Positions 1-11,736 of a stretch of DNA of 64,000 nucleotides are shown in pieces; positions within the stretch are counted from its first letter, which is position 1; each line of letters opens with the position of its first letter. The position numbers and the translations under genes are program-made. Origin of the DNA: Bryobacterales bacterium (GTDB taxonomy: Bacteria > Acidobacteriota > Terriglobia > Bryobacterales > UBA6623); the NCBI GenBank assembly GCA_963662745.2, contig CAXXUI010000002.1, positions 1,927,622-1,991,621 on the forward strand. The letters are read 5' to 3'. Under the pieces are notes generated by a model. The model saw only the letters and a list, made by a program, of their open reading frames with translations, searched no databases and had not been told where the DNA came from.

Positions 1-1
1 G

Positions 2-517
2 GGCGAGCGAACCGAGGTCGGCAATTTCAAGAACATCTACATCAAGGACATGATCCCGGTGGTTCTCGAACTGATCGATGCCCTCCTGCAGGAATTCCCG
101 ATCGACAGCTCGCGCATCTACGTGCTTGGCTCCTCAATGGGCGGCTCGGGCACCTGGAACTTCCTCAAGGCCCGTCCGACCTTCTTCGCGGCGGCCATCC
201 CCGTCTGCGCGGGGCGCCCCCCTGCAGAGGTCGAGGGATTGGAGCAGACTCCGGTCTGGGCGTTTCACGGAGCTGACGACCCGACGGCACCGGTCGAGAA
301 CTCCCGCATGATGTTCGAGAAGCTGAAGGACGCCGGCGGAGCGATCAAGTACACCGAGCTGCCGGGAGTCCGCCACAACTCCTGGATTCAGGCGTTCCAG
401 TACAAGGGGGACGAACCGGACCGCGGCTTCGTGACCCAAGTAAGCGGCCCGGATGTCGACCCGACCGACGACGTCTGGAAGTGGCTATTCCGGCAGCGGA
501 GGGCGGACCGCCGCTGA
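2..517 (+). CDS. alpha/beta-hydrolase fold esterase (dienelactone hydrolase / prolyl oligopeptidase-like), 5' end outside window
   Basis: The frame is open from nt 2, upstream of the listed Met at 50. It has a GSSMGGSG nucleophile elbow (G-x-S-x-G) and a later FHGADDPTAP...GVRHNSW segment typical of the Asp/His part of the catalytic triad. Confidence 0.7.
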   Translation, partial: GERTEVGNFKNIYIKDMIPVVLELIDALLQEFPIDSSRIYVLGSSMGGSGTWNFLKARPTFFAAAIPVCAGRPPAEVEGLEQTPVWAFHGADDPTAPVENSRMMFEKLKDAGGAIKYTELPGVRHNSWIQAFQYKGDEPDRGFVTQVSGPDVDPTDDVWKWLFRQRRADRR

Positions 518-610
518 GTCCGCCGTCCGGAGTCGTTGCCGAACGCGCGGCCAAGCCACGCAGCGGCATGCTCCCGACTCAGTCCCGAGAGTGGTCGTCA
601 GGCGTTCGGG

Positions 611-2059
<1,449 letters not shown>

Positions 2060-2066
2060 GTAGGCC

Positions 2067-2363
2067 TCAGCGCTCGATCACCCGGGGGACCTTGAAGTGG
2101 CCGGCGCCGGCCAACGGAGCGCAGCGGAGGGCTGTCTCCTGCTGGAAGCTCGGTCCCGGCGAGTCCTCGCGCAACGGGGTCTGGTTGCCCGCGTGAAGGA
2201 CTTGCGCCATGGGTTCCACGCCGGTCGTGTCGACCGTGTTCAACAGGGCGACGTACTTGAGGATCTCCTCCAGATCTCGCGTGTAGCGCGCGACATCGTC
2301 GTCGCTCAGTTCCAAGTTGGCTAGCCTCGCGATCTTGAGGACCTGCCGCTGTGTGATGCTCAT
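2067..2363 (-). CDS. gatC: Asp-tRNA(Asn)/Glu-tRNA(Gln) amidotransferase subunit C
   Basis: 98-aa product from the internal ATG (cat at 2361-2363): [24 protein letters not shown]...FKVPRVIER, a typical GatC. It sits 8 nt upstream of gatA. The longer listed ORF (to 2498) is probably an over-extension. Confidence 0.9.
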   Translation of the reverse strand: MSITQRQVLKIARLANLELSDDDVARYTRDLEEILKYVALLNTVDTTGVEPMAQVLHAGNQTPLREDSPGPSFQQETALRCAPLAGAGHFKVPRVIER

Positions 2364-2689
2364 GTGCTGTCGGACCCCGACTCCTCGCCCTCTCCCTTCA
2401 CCACGCGGAACTGGATTCTGGGAATCTCCAGGTCCGGCAGATCTTGGCGCAAGATGCCCAGGATCTGCTTCGCCATCGGGCGAACCAGCTCGATCCACGG
2501 CGGGTCCAGCACCTCGACGACCAGCCCGCTGGGCCCTAGGTGGACGGGCCGTGTGCGCTTGGCGATCTTCTCGCCCACGGTCTCCTGCCAGAAGGCGGCG
2601 ACGAGGTCCAAGTCGTCCAGCAGCCTCTGGTGCTGGAACAGCCTTGGCAAGATGGACTTGACCTGCTCCATCGGTGACGGAACAGCCAT
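2360..2689 (-). CDS. DUF721 (DciA-like) domain protein
   Basis: 109 aa from the ATG at 2687-2689. The WQETVGEKIAKRTRPVHLGPSGLVVEVLDPPWIELVRPMAKQIL pattern matches my memory of DUF721. Its stop overlaps the gatC start by 4 nt (2360-2363). Confidence 0.65.
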   Translation of the reverse strand: MAVPSPMEQVKSILPRLFQHQRLLDDLDLVAAFWQETVGEKIAKRTRPVHLGPSGLVVEVLDPPWIELVRPMAKQILGILRQDLPDLEIPRIQFRVVKGEGEESGSDST

Positions 2690-2911
2690 TCTATCGCAGC
2701 GCCCGACGGGGCTGGCCTTGGCGGCCCAAGTTCGCCAGCCAGCGCGGGCATCCCAGACCCCGGCCCGAGGCGCGACGGCGCCTACCGCCCTCCCGGAGGC
2801 TCGCTCCGAGGTATGCCAGCGGCGGAAGGCTGACCGCCGATGCGCCGGGGGGATCGAATATAATGGATACTTCGGGGGGAAGCGCACCCGCGCCTCCCCG
2901 CCTCGTTGCCG

Positions 2912-3271
2912 ATGAAGCTGCACTCTTGGGACCAAGTCGAGCTCGAGGCGCTCAGCGAGACCGCCTCGCGGAGAGTCGTTCACAGTGAGCGCATGACCAC
3001 GGCCCGGATCCATCTCAGGAAGGGTGGTGTCGTGCCGTGGCACAGCCACGAGAATGAGCAGATCAGCCACGTGCTCGCCGGAGCGCTGCTGTTTCAGTTC
3101 GACGGGCGCGAGGTCACGGCCAGGCCCGGCGATCTGGTCGAGATCGCCTCCCACGAGCGACATCGTGTCGAGGCCTTGGAGGATTCGGTGGCGATGGATG
3201 TGTTCCAGCCTGTTCGGCAGGATTGGATGGACGGGGACGACGGCTATCTGCGGAACCCATCGGAATCTTGA
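2912..3271 (+). CDS. cupin domain protein
   Basis: GGVVPWHSHENEQISHVLAG...GDLVEIASHERHRVEA is the two-motif cupin_2 pattern. The ATG is at 2912, and the listed start at 2906 is a TTG. Confidence 0.75.
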   Translation: MKLHSWDQVELEALSETASRRVVHSERMTTARIHLRKGGVVPWHSHENEQISHVLAGALLFQFDGREVTARPGDLVEIASHERHRVEALEDSVAMDVFQPVRQDWMDGDDGYLRNPSES

Positions 3272-3361
3272 CCGCGTAACCGTTCAGGGACAGCCCGGGA
3301 ACCGCCGCCGCCTGCCGGTCCGCCCGAGGCCTGAGCAGGCACAAGCAGGCCTACAGAAGCG

Positions 3362-4150
3362 ATGGACCTAGGAATTCGAGACCGGGCTGCGGTCGTGGCG
3401 GCTTCGAGCCGCGGCATGGGCCGCGCCATAGCGGAGGCGCTTGCCGCTGAGGGCTGCAGGCTAGCCATCTGCTCCCGGGGCAGCGACGCCATTGAGCGCG
3501 CTGCGGACGAGATTCGCTGCACGCACGGTGTTCAGGTGTTCGCCGCCCCGGTTGACGTCAGCGACACCGAGGCGGTCGGGTCCTTTGTCGAGCGGGCTCG
3601 AGCCGCCGTGGGGCCGGTCAGCATCGCCGTCGCCAACGCGGGAGGGCCGCCCGCCGGCCGCTTTGCGGACTTCGGGGCGGACGACTGGACGGCAGCCTTC
3701 CGCTTGAACTTTCTCAGCTCGTGGGCCCTGATCCGGGCCGTCCTGCCTGACATGCGGGCTCAGCGCTGGGGGCGGGTCGTCACTCTGACCTCCACCTCCG
3801 TCCGTCAGCCGATCGATTCGCTGATCCTTTCTAACGGCGTGCGAGCCGCCGTGGTCGGGATGCTCAAGACGCTCGCCACAGAATACGGCCCGGACAACAT
3901 CCTGTTCAACAATGTCGGCCCCGGCCTGATCGGCACGGACCGCCTGCTCAGCATCGCCCAGCGGCGGGCGGACGCTGCCGGAGTTAGCCGCGACGAGATG
4001 ATCGACCAGCTCGCCAGCCAAGCCGCGTTGGGGCGGATCGGGCAGCCGGAGGAGTTCGCCTCAGTCGTGGCGTTCCTCTGCTCGGAGCGGGCGAGCTACG
4101 TGACGGGCTCTTCGTTGATGATCGACGGCGGCCTAGTGAAGAGTGTGTAG
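3362..4150 (+). CDS. SDR family oxidoreductase
   Basis: 262 aa with the N-terminal dinucleotide-binding motif AAVVAASSRGMGRAIAEAL, NAGG, and the typical SDR length and C-terminal IDGG. Confidence 0.9.
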   Translation: MDLGIRDRAAVVAASSRGMGRAIAEALAAEGCRLAICSRGSDAIERAADEIRCTHGVQVFAAPVDVSDTEAVGSFVERARAAVGPVSIAVANAGGPPAGRFADFGADDWTAAFRLNFLSSWALIRAVLPDMRAQRWGRVVTLTSTSVRQPIDSLILSNGVRAAVVGMLKTLATEYGPDNILFNNVGPGLIGTDRLLSIAQRRADAAGVSRDEMIDQLASQAALGRIGQPEEFASVVAFLCSERASYVTGSSLMIDGGLVKSV

Positions 4151-4161
4151 CGGAAGGCAAG

Positions 4162-7100
4162 ATGAGATTCGATCGCAGCAAGGCGCTCTCCGTGGCGGCG
4201 GTAGCCGCCTCGCTCCTGCTGGCGCAGGGCTGGGCCGAAGCCCAGAACGTGCCGGTGCCCATCAGCGCCGAGCCAGAGGAGGGGCCCGTTTGGGTCACCA
4301 ACCAAGGTGCCCGCTTGGTGATCGGGCAGGAGAGCTTCACGCGGCAGAACCCCGTGCCGAGCCGGGCCGTGCTGGGCGCTGCGCAGGGCGTGGCGTTCGC
4401 CGGCAACCGCCTCTTCGTGGCCGACGGGAACCGCATGGGGGCCACACCGGTCAGCAACCGAGTGCTGATCTACGACAACGTAGGCGGCTTCGTCCCCGCG
4501 CCCGAGGTAGTGCTGCCCCAGTCGAGCCGCTGCCCCGCTTGCGTCGGACGCCCGGACATCGTTCTCGGCCAGCCGGACTTCGATTCGACCGGCTCGTCGG
4601 ACCTGCCCGACGTTCCCGGCCTGAACAACCCCTCGGGAGTTCACAGCGACGGCCTGCGGCTGGCCGTGGCGGACACCAACAACAACCGAGTGCTGCTCTG
4701 GAGCGCGGTTCCGGTGATGAGCGGCGTCGAGCCGGACATCGTGCTGGGCCAGGAGGACTTCACCGGCAGCCTGCCGCAGACCACTCCGAGCGGCATGCGG
4801 GGCCCGCAGGGCGTGTGGATCGAAATGGGCCGGTTGTTCGTGGCCGACACGCAGAACAGCCGCATCCTGATCTGGAACTCGATCCCGACCTCCAACGGCC
4901 AGCCTCCCGACTTGGTGCTCGGCCAGCCAGACCTTAACACGCGGCACGCGGCCGATCTCAATGTCGGAGTCTACGAACCCGACAACCAGCACATGCTGGA
5001 TCCGGTCGGCGTGAGCGTGTCCGACGGACGACTGTTCGTGGCCGACCTCGGCTTCAACCGCGTCATGATCTTCAACTCCGTTCCCACTCAGAACTTCGCG
5101 GCGGCGGACGTGGTGGTCGGTCAGCCGGACTTCGCCTCGAGCACTCCCAACAACGTGGAGGCCCTGTGCGACCAGATAGGGCCGCTGGATGACGACGGCT
5201 CTCGGAGCGAGAACGAGACGCCACCGACGAATATCCCCTTAATCGTCCCTCTGCCGCCGCTGCGGGGGGAGATCGACGCGGATGAACCGCGCTATCCGAG
5301 GCGGTGCGCCGCCACTCTGAACTTCCCGCGCTTCGCGCTCGCGGCAGACGGCAAGCTGTTCATCGCCGACGCGGGCAACGACCGCATTCTCGTCTATCAC
5401 GAGGTTCCTACCGAGCACGGAGCCAGCGCGGACCTGGTCATCGGCCAGCCCAACTTCGTCCAGTTGACCGAGTCTGAGGGGCCCGGTAGCGTCCGGTCGC
5501 CATCCTCGATGGCCTATGACGGCCAGAACCTGTATGTGGCGGACCCGTTTTCCCGCCGGATCCTGCTCTTCACTCCGGGCGAGGACTGGATCGACCTGAA
5601 CGGCATCCGCAACGCCGCCGCGATCCGCATCCACAGCCGGGGGCACTTGGAGTTCGACCAGGAGCTGCCGGTGGACGTCTCCGACACCGAGATCGACGAG
5701 TCCCGGCTGTCGCCCGTCCTGCCGGGCGGCGAGGAGATCAAGATCACGGTGGACGGCGTGGAGCTGTTCTACACGACGACCGAAGGCGAGTCGGCCGAGG
5801 ACGTTAGGGACAAGGTCGTGGACCTGATCAACGCCGACGACACGCTGCCGGTCAGCGCTCACGCGGCCCTCGGCGTGGGCCGCCATGCCACGGGCACGAT
5901 CAAGTTCGGCGGCGAGGCCCGCGCGGGTGACCAAGTCAGCTTGGATATTAACGGCCGCAAGTACGAGTACGTCGTGCCGCCGGGGGATATCCCGGAGCGC
6001 TTTGTCGACCGCTTGAACTTCTTGGTGGACAGCGCCGACGATCCTGAGGTGCTGGTCGAGCGCAAGGTCGATGACATTGAAGCCTTGGAGATCGTGCATC
6101 GCGATGTCGGCCCGGTGGGCAACAGCCTGCCGTTCTCCATCACCATCTCGCCATCCGACACGCCTACTACGCTGGAGGTCTCGGCCGAAACGCTGACGCA
6201 GGGCAAAGTCACCTATCGAGCCAACCTCACGGCCAAGAGGGAGGGGCCGCAGGGCAACTGGACGCAACTCGAACTGCGGAACAGCGGCACGGAGCTGCAG
6301 GCAACGACCTCCAGCTCTCGCCTGACCGGAGGATCGGACGCTCGCGACCTGCCGCCGGGCACGATCGCGTCCATCTTCGGGAGGGGGTTGGCAGACGATT
6401 CGCAGAGCGTTCTCAATCTGACGGACCAAGCCTTCAGCGCGTTGGGCGGGGGTGGTCTGCCGAACGAGCTGGGGGGAGTGCAGGTGTTCGCCAACGGGCG
6501 GCTAGCGCCCGTCCTGATGGTGTCCGAGCAGCAGATCAACGCCCAGATCCCTTGGGAGCTGGAGGGCACGGGATACAGCATCTACGTCCGCAGGGTCATG
6601 CCGGACGGCAGCGTGAGAGTCTCCGCCGCCCGGGCGAACCAGTCGGTGCGCGCCGCGCCCGGACTGTTCACCCTGCCGTCGTCTCTCGGTTCGGCTGACG
6701 CGAGGCCCGCGTTGGCGGTCCATGCCACAGGAATCGCCGAGGGAACGGTGGCGATCAGCGTTCCGGAGCGCCCGCGGGATGACGATCCGAACAACGACGA
6801 CACCGAGAACCGCCAGCTGACGCAGGAAGGCGCTGACGGGCGGATCATCGTCGGTGACCGAGAGTACTATTACCGGTCTCCCGGGGACGAGACCGCTGAG
6901 CAGATTCGGGATCACTTCATCGCCCTGATCAACGCCGGCGACGGCGATCCAGCCGTGATTGCCGAGGCGGGAACGATTGGATTCTTCTCGGCCAGGGCTG
7001 ACTTCGACATTCTGGGCGCGCCCACGGCGGGCGACACGGTCACGATCACGATCCGGGATCGCAGCTACAGCTACACGCTCACCGAGCAGGATGTCGCCGA

Positions 7101-7899
7101 CGCCGAACAGGCGCGGCGCATCGTGCGCAACGTCCTGGTTCGCTCGATCAACGCGGGCGTAGGGGATCCCGAGGTCACTGCCCGGGTCCTTCAGGTAGTC
7201 GGTGCCGCGAGGATGCAGATCGTGGCCAGGTCCTTGGGGTCTGACGGCAACGAGATCCCGTACGGCTTCGAGGTCTCGGCCGGTGCTGGAATCGAGGTCG
7301 AGACCAATCGTGAGAACGGCTTCCTGGAGGATGGCAACACTCCTCCCGTGGTCGTGCTGAAGGCTAGACAGCCGGGCAAGTCCGGCAACGAGATCGTCTA
7401 CGCTGCCCAAGGCACGGACATACCGGACGACGATCCCGACACGCCGGACGTCAACGAGCGCACTGAGGCGGAGAACCTGCTGACGCTGTCGGCTCGCGGC
7501 ACGCATCTGTGCTGTGGCAACGAACCGTTCTCACTGATCACCCCCGACAACCCCTTGGTGCCGGGCGAGGAGATCATCGTGTTCGGGACAGGGCTGGGCC
7601 TGACCGACAACCAAGAAGCGCTGACCACCGGAATGCCGACTCCGATGGGCACGGTAGCTAACGTGCCGTTGGTTGCGGAAGACTTCGTCTCCTCGCAGTT
7701 CGGGGGCCGCACGGCGCAAGTGGAGTTCGTCGGACTGATGGAGGGAACAGTCGGCGTGTACCAAGTCAATCTGCGGACGAACACGGACCTGCCGGACAAT
7801 CCGTCTACTCCCTTGTGGATAGCGCAGGTGCTGTTCATCAGCAACTCGGTTACGCTGCCCGTTAAGAATCTCGTGCCGCGCCCGCCCGCGGACTTCTGA
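4162..7899 (+). CDS. secreted NHL-repeat beta-propeller protein with two repeated modules and two Ig-like (TIGR03437/Solibacter C-terminal-type) domains
   Basis: The ATG is preceded by GGAAGG, and there is a signal peptide (SVAAVAASLLLAQGWAEA). Six NHL-like blades are visible (NRVLIYDN, NNRVLLWS, SRILIWNS, NRVMIFNS, DRILVYHE, RRILLFTP). The C-terminal ...GVYQVNLRTNTDLP...SNSVTLPV resembles the Solibacter C-terminal domain. Confidence 0.85.
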   Translation: MRFDRSKALSVAAVAASLLLAQGWAEAQNVPVPISAEPEEGPVWVTNQGARLVIGQESFTRQNPVPSRAVLGAAQGVAFAGNRLFVADGNRMGATPVSNRVLIYDNVGGFVPAPEVVLPQSSRCPACVGRPDIVLGQPDFDSTGSSDLPDVPGLNNPSGVHSDGLRLAVADTNNNRVLLWSAVPVMSGVEPDIVLGQEDFTGSLPQTTPSGMRGPQGVWIEMGRLFVADTQNSRILIWNSIPTSNGQPPDLVLGQPDLNTRHAADLNVGVYEPDNQHMLDPVGVSVSDGRLFVADLGFNRVMIFNSVPTQNFAAADVVVGQPDFASSTPNNVEALCDQIGPLDDDGSRSENETPPTNIPLIVPLPPLRGEIDADEPRYPRRCAATLNFPRFALAADGKLFIADAGNDRILVYHEVPTEHGASADLVIGQPNFVQLTESEGPGSVRSPSSMAYDGQNLYVADPFSRRILLFTPGEDWIDLNGIRNAAAIRIHSRGHLEFDQELPVDVSDTEIDESRLSPVLPGGEEIKITVDGVELFYTTTEGESAEDVRDKVVDLINADDTLPVSAHAALGVGRHATGTIKFGGEARAGDQVSLDINGRKYEYVVPPGDIPERFVDRLNFLVDSADDPEVLVERKVDDIEALEIVHRDVGPVGNSLPFSITISPSDTPTTLEVSAETLTQGKVTYRANLTAKREGPQGNWTQLELRNSGTELQATTSSSRLTGGSDARDLPPGTIASIFGRGLADDSQSVLNLTDQAFSALGGGGLPNELGGVQVFANGRLAPVLMVSEQQINAQIPWELEGTGYSIYVRRVMPDGSVRVSAARANQSVRAAPGLFTLPSSLGSADARPALAVHATGIAEGTVAISVPERPRDDDPNNDDTENRQLTQEGADGRIIVGDREYYYRSPGDETAEQIRDHFIALINAGDGDPAVIAEAGTIGFFSARADFDILGAPTAGDTVTITIRDRSYSYTLTEQDVADAEQARRIVRNVLVRSINAGVGDPEVTARVLQVVGAARMQIVARSLGSDGNEIPYGFEVSAGAGIEVETNRENGFLEDGNTPPVVVLKARQPGKSGNEIVYAAQGTDIPDDDPDTPDVNERTEAENLLTLSARGTHLCCGNEPFSLITPDNPLVPGEEIIVFGTGLGLTDNQEALTTGMPTPMGTVANVPLVAEDFVSSQFGGRTAQVEFVGLMEGTVGVYQVNLRTNTDLPDNPSTPLWIAQVLFISNSVTLPVKNLVPRPPADF

Positions 7900-7932
7900 C
7901 GCCGTCTGATTCGGGCGCTTTTCTGCGGCGTC
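7898..7932 (+). terminator. possible stem-loop just after the NHL-protein stop codon
   Basis: GACGCCG (7898-7904) is complementary to CGGCGTC (7926-7932). The loop is 21 nt and there is no clear U-tract, so this is weak. Confidence 0.2.
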
Positions 7933-8712
7933 AAATCGAGGCTGCCACTGGACGGAGGAAGTCAGTGTCTTCCGCGACCGTTCCAGCCAGCGGTCGCGGG
8001 CTCCCCGGTCCATCCCGGCAGATGGCCGTTGGTCTGGTTGGCGATTCGCACCCTGCGTACCGCTGTGGGTTGCCCTCCTTCCGTGCCCGGATCTACCGGC
8101 CCGCGTAGACCTGTGCCAAGAACTCCAGCCGTCCACCAAGCAGTCCTGACCAGACGAGTTCGTCCTCCAGCAGGACCGCCTAGGTCGCGTGGGGCCGCTA
8201 GCGCGTCATCGGTGCTGCTGCATATCCCTCTCCCGCACAGCGGCCGGCGGCCCCGATGAGTGCAGCCACCGGCCTCGGCGCGGGTTCCGCTTGAGTCTCG
8301 ACGGAGACCGCCCGTTCATCCGGCTTGCGGGGATTGCCCCGCCAATGGAGAACGTGAACACCGCCCCTCGCGCGGGCCGCACGTTGCAGCACCGTTCAGC
8401 AGCGCGGCTTGGGATGAGGGCGTCCCGTCAGCGCATGTCTCGTGGGCCAGCCGAGGATGGGTCCGGTCCGCTGGTCGCTCCGTCCCCAAGGCTTAGATCG
8501 GCTGCCACCGCAGGAGTGCGCGCCGGCTGGTTGCGCTGGATGGCTGATGGCGCTATCCTGCCTAGGGTGGCGAGTAGGAATCGCAGGGCTCGCGTTCGGA
8601 CAATGGCTGGACCGCTCCAGCGCCGTTCCATCCGCCGCCGATTCGCCCGTGCGAGGAGCTGCCGCCTTGAAGGCGTCGCTCAGACGAGTGCGTGGCGAGC
8701 ATGGGGGAGTGC

Positions 8713-11700
8713 ATGAGGTTCCTGACAACGGTCGTGACCGCTGTGATCGTCGCCGGCGGTTCAGCCGGTGCAGCCGAGCGAATCGATTTCAACCGAGACA
8801 TCCGACCGATCCTCTCGGAGAACTGCTTCGCCTGCCACGGCCCAGACGGCAACGCCAGGCAGGCGGGCCTCCGGCTCGACAGGCGAGAGGATGCCTTGGC
8901 TCGCGGAGTCATCCTGCCCGGAGACTCTTCGGCGAGCCGCCTCGTGCAGCGCGTCCGGCAGCAGAACCAAGCCCTGATCATGCCGCCCGTGGCCACCGAC
9001 AAGCAGCTGACCGACCGCCAGAAGCAAGTGCTCACAGAGTGGGTGGACCAAGGGGCCGAGTATCAAGAGCACTGGGCCTACATCCCGCCTCGACGGCCGC
9101 AAGTGCCGGACGATCAACACGCGGTGGACTTCCTGCTCAACAGCGCTCTTGAGCGGCAGGGGCTCAACCCAGTCGGCGAAGCGAGCCGGCGCACGCTGGC
9201 TAGGCGGGTCAGCTTCGACCTGACGGGCCTGCCCCCGGATCCGGACATCGTCGATGCCTTCGCCGACGATTCTCGGACGGATGCCTACGAGCGACTGGTA
9301 GATCGATTCCTCAAATCGCCGCACTACGGCGAGCGCATGGCCGTCCACTGGCTGGACCTGGTGCGGTATGCCGACACGACCGGCTATCACGGCGACATCC
9401 CGGTCCGCGTCTACCCGTTTCGCGATTACATCGTCCGATCGTTCAACGAGAACAAACCGTTCGACGTGATGACCCGGGAACACCTTGCCGGCGACCTGCT
9501 GGAGGATCCATCCCCATGGCAGGTCGTGGCCAGCGGCTACAACCGACTCAGCCGCATGACGAACGAGGGCGGGGCGCAGGCCAAGGAGTACCTCGCCAAG
9601 TACGCCTCGGATCGCGTCCGCAACATCTCGCAGGTTTGGCTCGGCTCGACGCTGGGCTGCGCCGAATGCCACGATCACAAGTTCGACCCGTTCCTAGCCA
9701 AGGACTTCTACTCGATGGCGGCTTTCTTCGCTGACATTGAAGAGAAGGGCGTCTTCAGCGGCAACGCCGACTGGGGCTCCGAGATTCGCATCCTCGGACA
9801 GCAAGCTCAGGACGAGTTGGACGAGGTCGAGCGCCGAATCGAGGCCGCTCGTGCAGCGGGAGAAGCACAGTCCGGGGCTGAAGAGGGCCAGCTGGCGGAC
9901 TTTGCCTCCTATCTACGCGACTCCCTGCTGAGCTGGAAGGCCTTGGAGCCATCCAGGGCGTGGAGCGATTGCGGCCATCCAGACTTTGAGCAGTGCGACC
10001 GCTTCGAGCTGGAGCTGCAGCCGGACGCTGTGGTCCGGCTGGCGCTGACTGGCAAGACGAAGCCTCGCGAGTCGATCCACAGGGTCGAGATCCCGGCGGG
10101 CGATTCCATGCTGTCGGCGCTGGCGGTCGAGCTGTTCCCCACCGGTGACTTTGACTCCTTCTATCTCAGCGAATTCGAGGTGCGCCTGCTGGGGCGGCAC
10201 GAATGGCCGCTCAGGATCGGGCTCGGCCAGTTCCTGCCCGATCGCGAGGGTCACGGTTCGATGCTCCGGGATACTGACGATGACAACTATCACTCCGGAT
10301 GGGGGGACAAGTGGGGCGAGGATTCGTCTCGCACGGCAGTCTTCGTCTTCGAGTCACCGCTGCGAACCAAGGCGGGCGAGACGCTGGAGGTCTCGCTGAT
10401 CGCCCACCCCCGCTCAAGTCTCTCGCCACCGTCGAAGTTCCGCATCCTGGGAACGGATTCGGACTTCCCGGAGCTGCCTGTGACCGGCGCATTGCGGGAG
10501 GCGGTCCTCGCTGACGGCGGCCTGAGCGCACCGCAGTCCGAAGCGCTGCGGGTCGCGTTCGACCGCATCGCCGGAAACGAGAACTGGCGCGAGCTGCGGA
10601 GGCTGGAGCGCCACAGGAAAGTGATGCTAGACCGAGCCGACGTCTCCCTGGTGGCCAAGGCCGTGAGCGACCCGCGCGAGATCCGCATCCTTCCCCGGGG
10701 CAACTGGATGGACGACTCCGGCGAGGTCGTCGAGCCGCAGGTGCCGAGCTTCTTGGGCCGGCTGCCTGACAGCGGCAGTCGGCTGACTCGTCTGGACCTC
10801 GCGGATTGGGTGACGGACGCCGCCAACCCCCTCACTGCCCGCGTCTTCGTTAACCGGCTCTGGAAGATGTTCTTCGGCACCGGCCTCTCCAAGGTCTTGG
10901 ACGACATCGGGTCGCAAGGCGAGCCCCCTGTTCACCAGGAGCTGCTGGACTGGCTGGCCGTGGAGTTCGTGGAGAGCGGCTGGGACGTGCGCCACATCGT
11001 CAAGACCTTACTGCTGTCCGAGGCGTACCGCCGCTCCAGCGATCCATCCGACGAGCTGCTGGCCGCCGACCCTTACAACCGGCTGCACGGACGGCAGGCG
11101 ATGTGGCGCTTGGAGGCTGAGTTCATTCGGGACAGCACCCTCGCCGTCAGCGGACTCCTGAATCAGAAGATGGGCGGGCCAAGCGTCAAGCCCTACCAGC
11201 CGGCCGGCTACTACAAGGAGCTGAACTTTCCGAAGCGCGTCTATGAACCGGACCGGAATTCCAACCAGTTTCGGCGGGGGCTGTACACGCACTGGCAGCG
11301 CCAGTACCTGCATCCGGCTCTGATGGCCTTTGATGCTCCGGCCCGTGAGGAGTGCGCTGCCGAGCGCGAGGTGTCGAACACGCCCTTGCAGTCGTTGGTG
11401 CTGCTGAACGATCCCAGCTTCGTGGAAGCGGCCCGGGCGTTCGCGTCCCGCGCGCTTCAGGAGGCGGGCGGCAGCCGCCGCGCCAGGATTGACTTCGCCT
11501 TCCGCGAGGCCTTCTCAAGGCTGCCGCGGGCCGCGGAGCGGGCCGTCGTGGAGAAGCTGCTGGACAGCCACGAGCACGAGTTCACGAGCGACCCCGCGCT
11601 CGCCGAGCAGTTTCTCAGTGCGGGCATCAGCCCCTTGCCGCCGAACCGTGATCACGTCGAGATGGCGGCTTGGACCGGAGTGGCGCGAGCGCTGCTCAAT

Positions 11701-11727
11701 AAGCACGAATTCCTGATGAGGTATTGA
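8713..11727 (+). CDS. PSCyt1/DUF1549/DUF1553 (PSD1) domain protein with a c-type haem motif
   Basis: CFACHGPDGNARQAGLRLD is the Planctomycete-cytochrome-C-type CxxCH. It also has DUF1549-like (PHYGERMAVHWLDLVRYADT) and DUF1553-like (CAECHDHKFDP) motifs. I prefer the ATG at 8713 (MRFLTTVVTAVIVAGGSAGA signal) over the listed GTG at 8692. Confidence 0.9.
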   Translation: MRFLTTVVTAVIVAGGSAGAAERIDFNRDIRPILSENCFACHGPDGNARQAGLRLDRREDALARGVILPGDSSASRLVQRVRQQNQALIMPPVATDKQLTDRQKQVLTEWVDQGAEYQEHWAYIPPRRPQVPDDQHAVDFLLNSALERQGLNPVGEASRRTLARRVSFDLTGLPPDPDIVDAFADDSRTDAYERLVDRFLKSPHYGERMAVHWLDLVRYADTTGYHGDIPVRVYPFRDYIVRSFNENKPFDVMTREHLAGDLLEDPSPWQVVASGYNRLSRMTNEGGAQAKEYLAKYASDRVRNISQVWLGSTLGCAECHDHKFDPFLAKDFYSMAAFFADIEEKGVFSGNADWGSEIRILGQQAQDELDEVERRIEAARAAGEAQSGAEEGQLADFASYLRDSLLSWKALEPSRAWSDCGHPDFEQCDRFELELQPDAVVRLALTGKTKPRESIHRVEIPAGDSMLSALAVELFPTGDFDSFYLSEFEVRLLGRHEWPLRIGLGQFLPDREGHGSMLRDTDDDNYHSGWGDKWGEDSSRTAVFVFESPLRTKAGETLEVSLIAHPRSSLSPPSKFRILGTDSDFPELPVTGALREAVLADGGLSAPQSEALRVAFDRIAGNENWRELRRLERHRKVMLDRADVSLVAKAVSDPREIRILPRGNWMDDSGEVVEPQVPSFLGRLPDSGSRLTRLDLADWVTDAANPLTARVFVNRLWKMFFGTGLSKVLDDIGSQGEPPVHQELLDWLAVEFVESGWDVRHIVKTLLLSEAYRRSSDPSDELLAADPYNRLHGRQAMWRLEAEFIRDSTLAVSGLLNQKMGGPSVKPYQPAGYYKELNFPKRVYEPDRNSNQFRRGLYTHWQRQYLHPALMAFDAPAREECAAEREVSNTPLQSLVLLNDPSFVEAARAFASRALQEAGGSRRARIDFAFREAFSRLPRAAERAVVEKLLDSHEHEFTSDPALAEQFLSAGISPLPPNRDHVEMAAWTGVARALLNKHEFLMRY

Positions 11728-11736
11728 GGACAAGGC

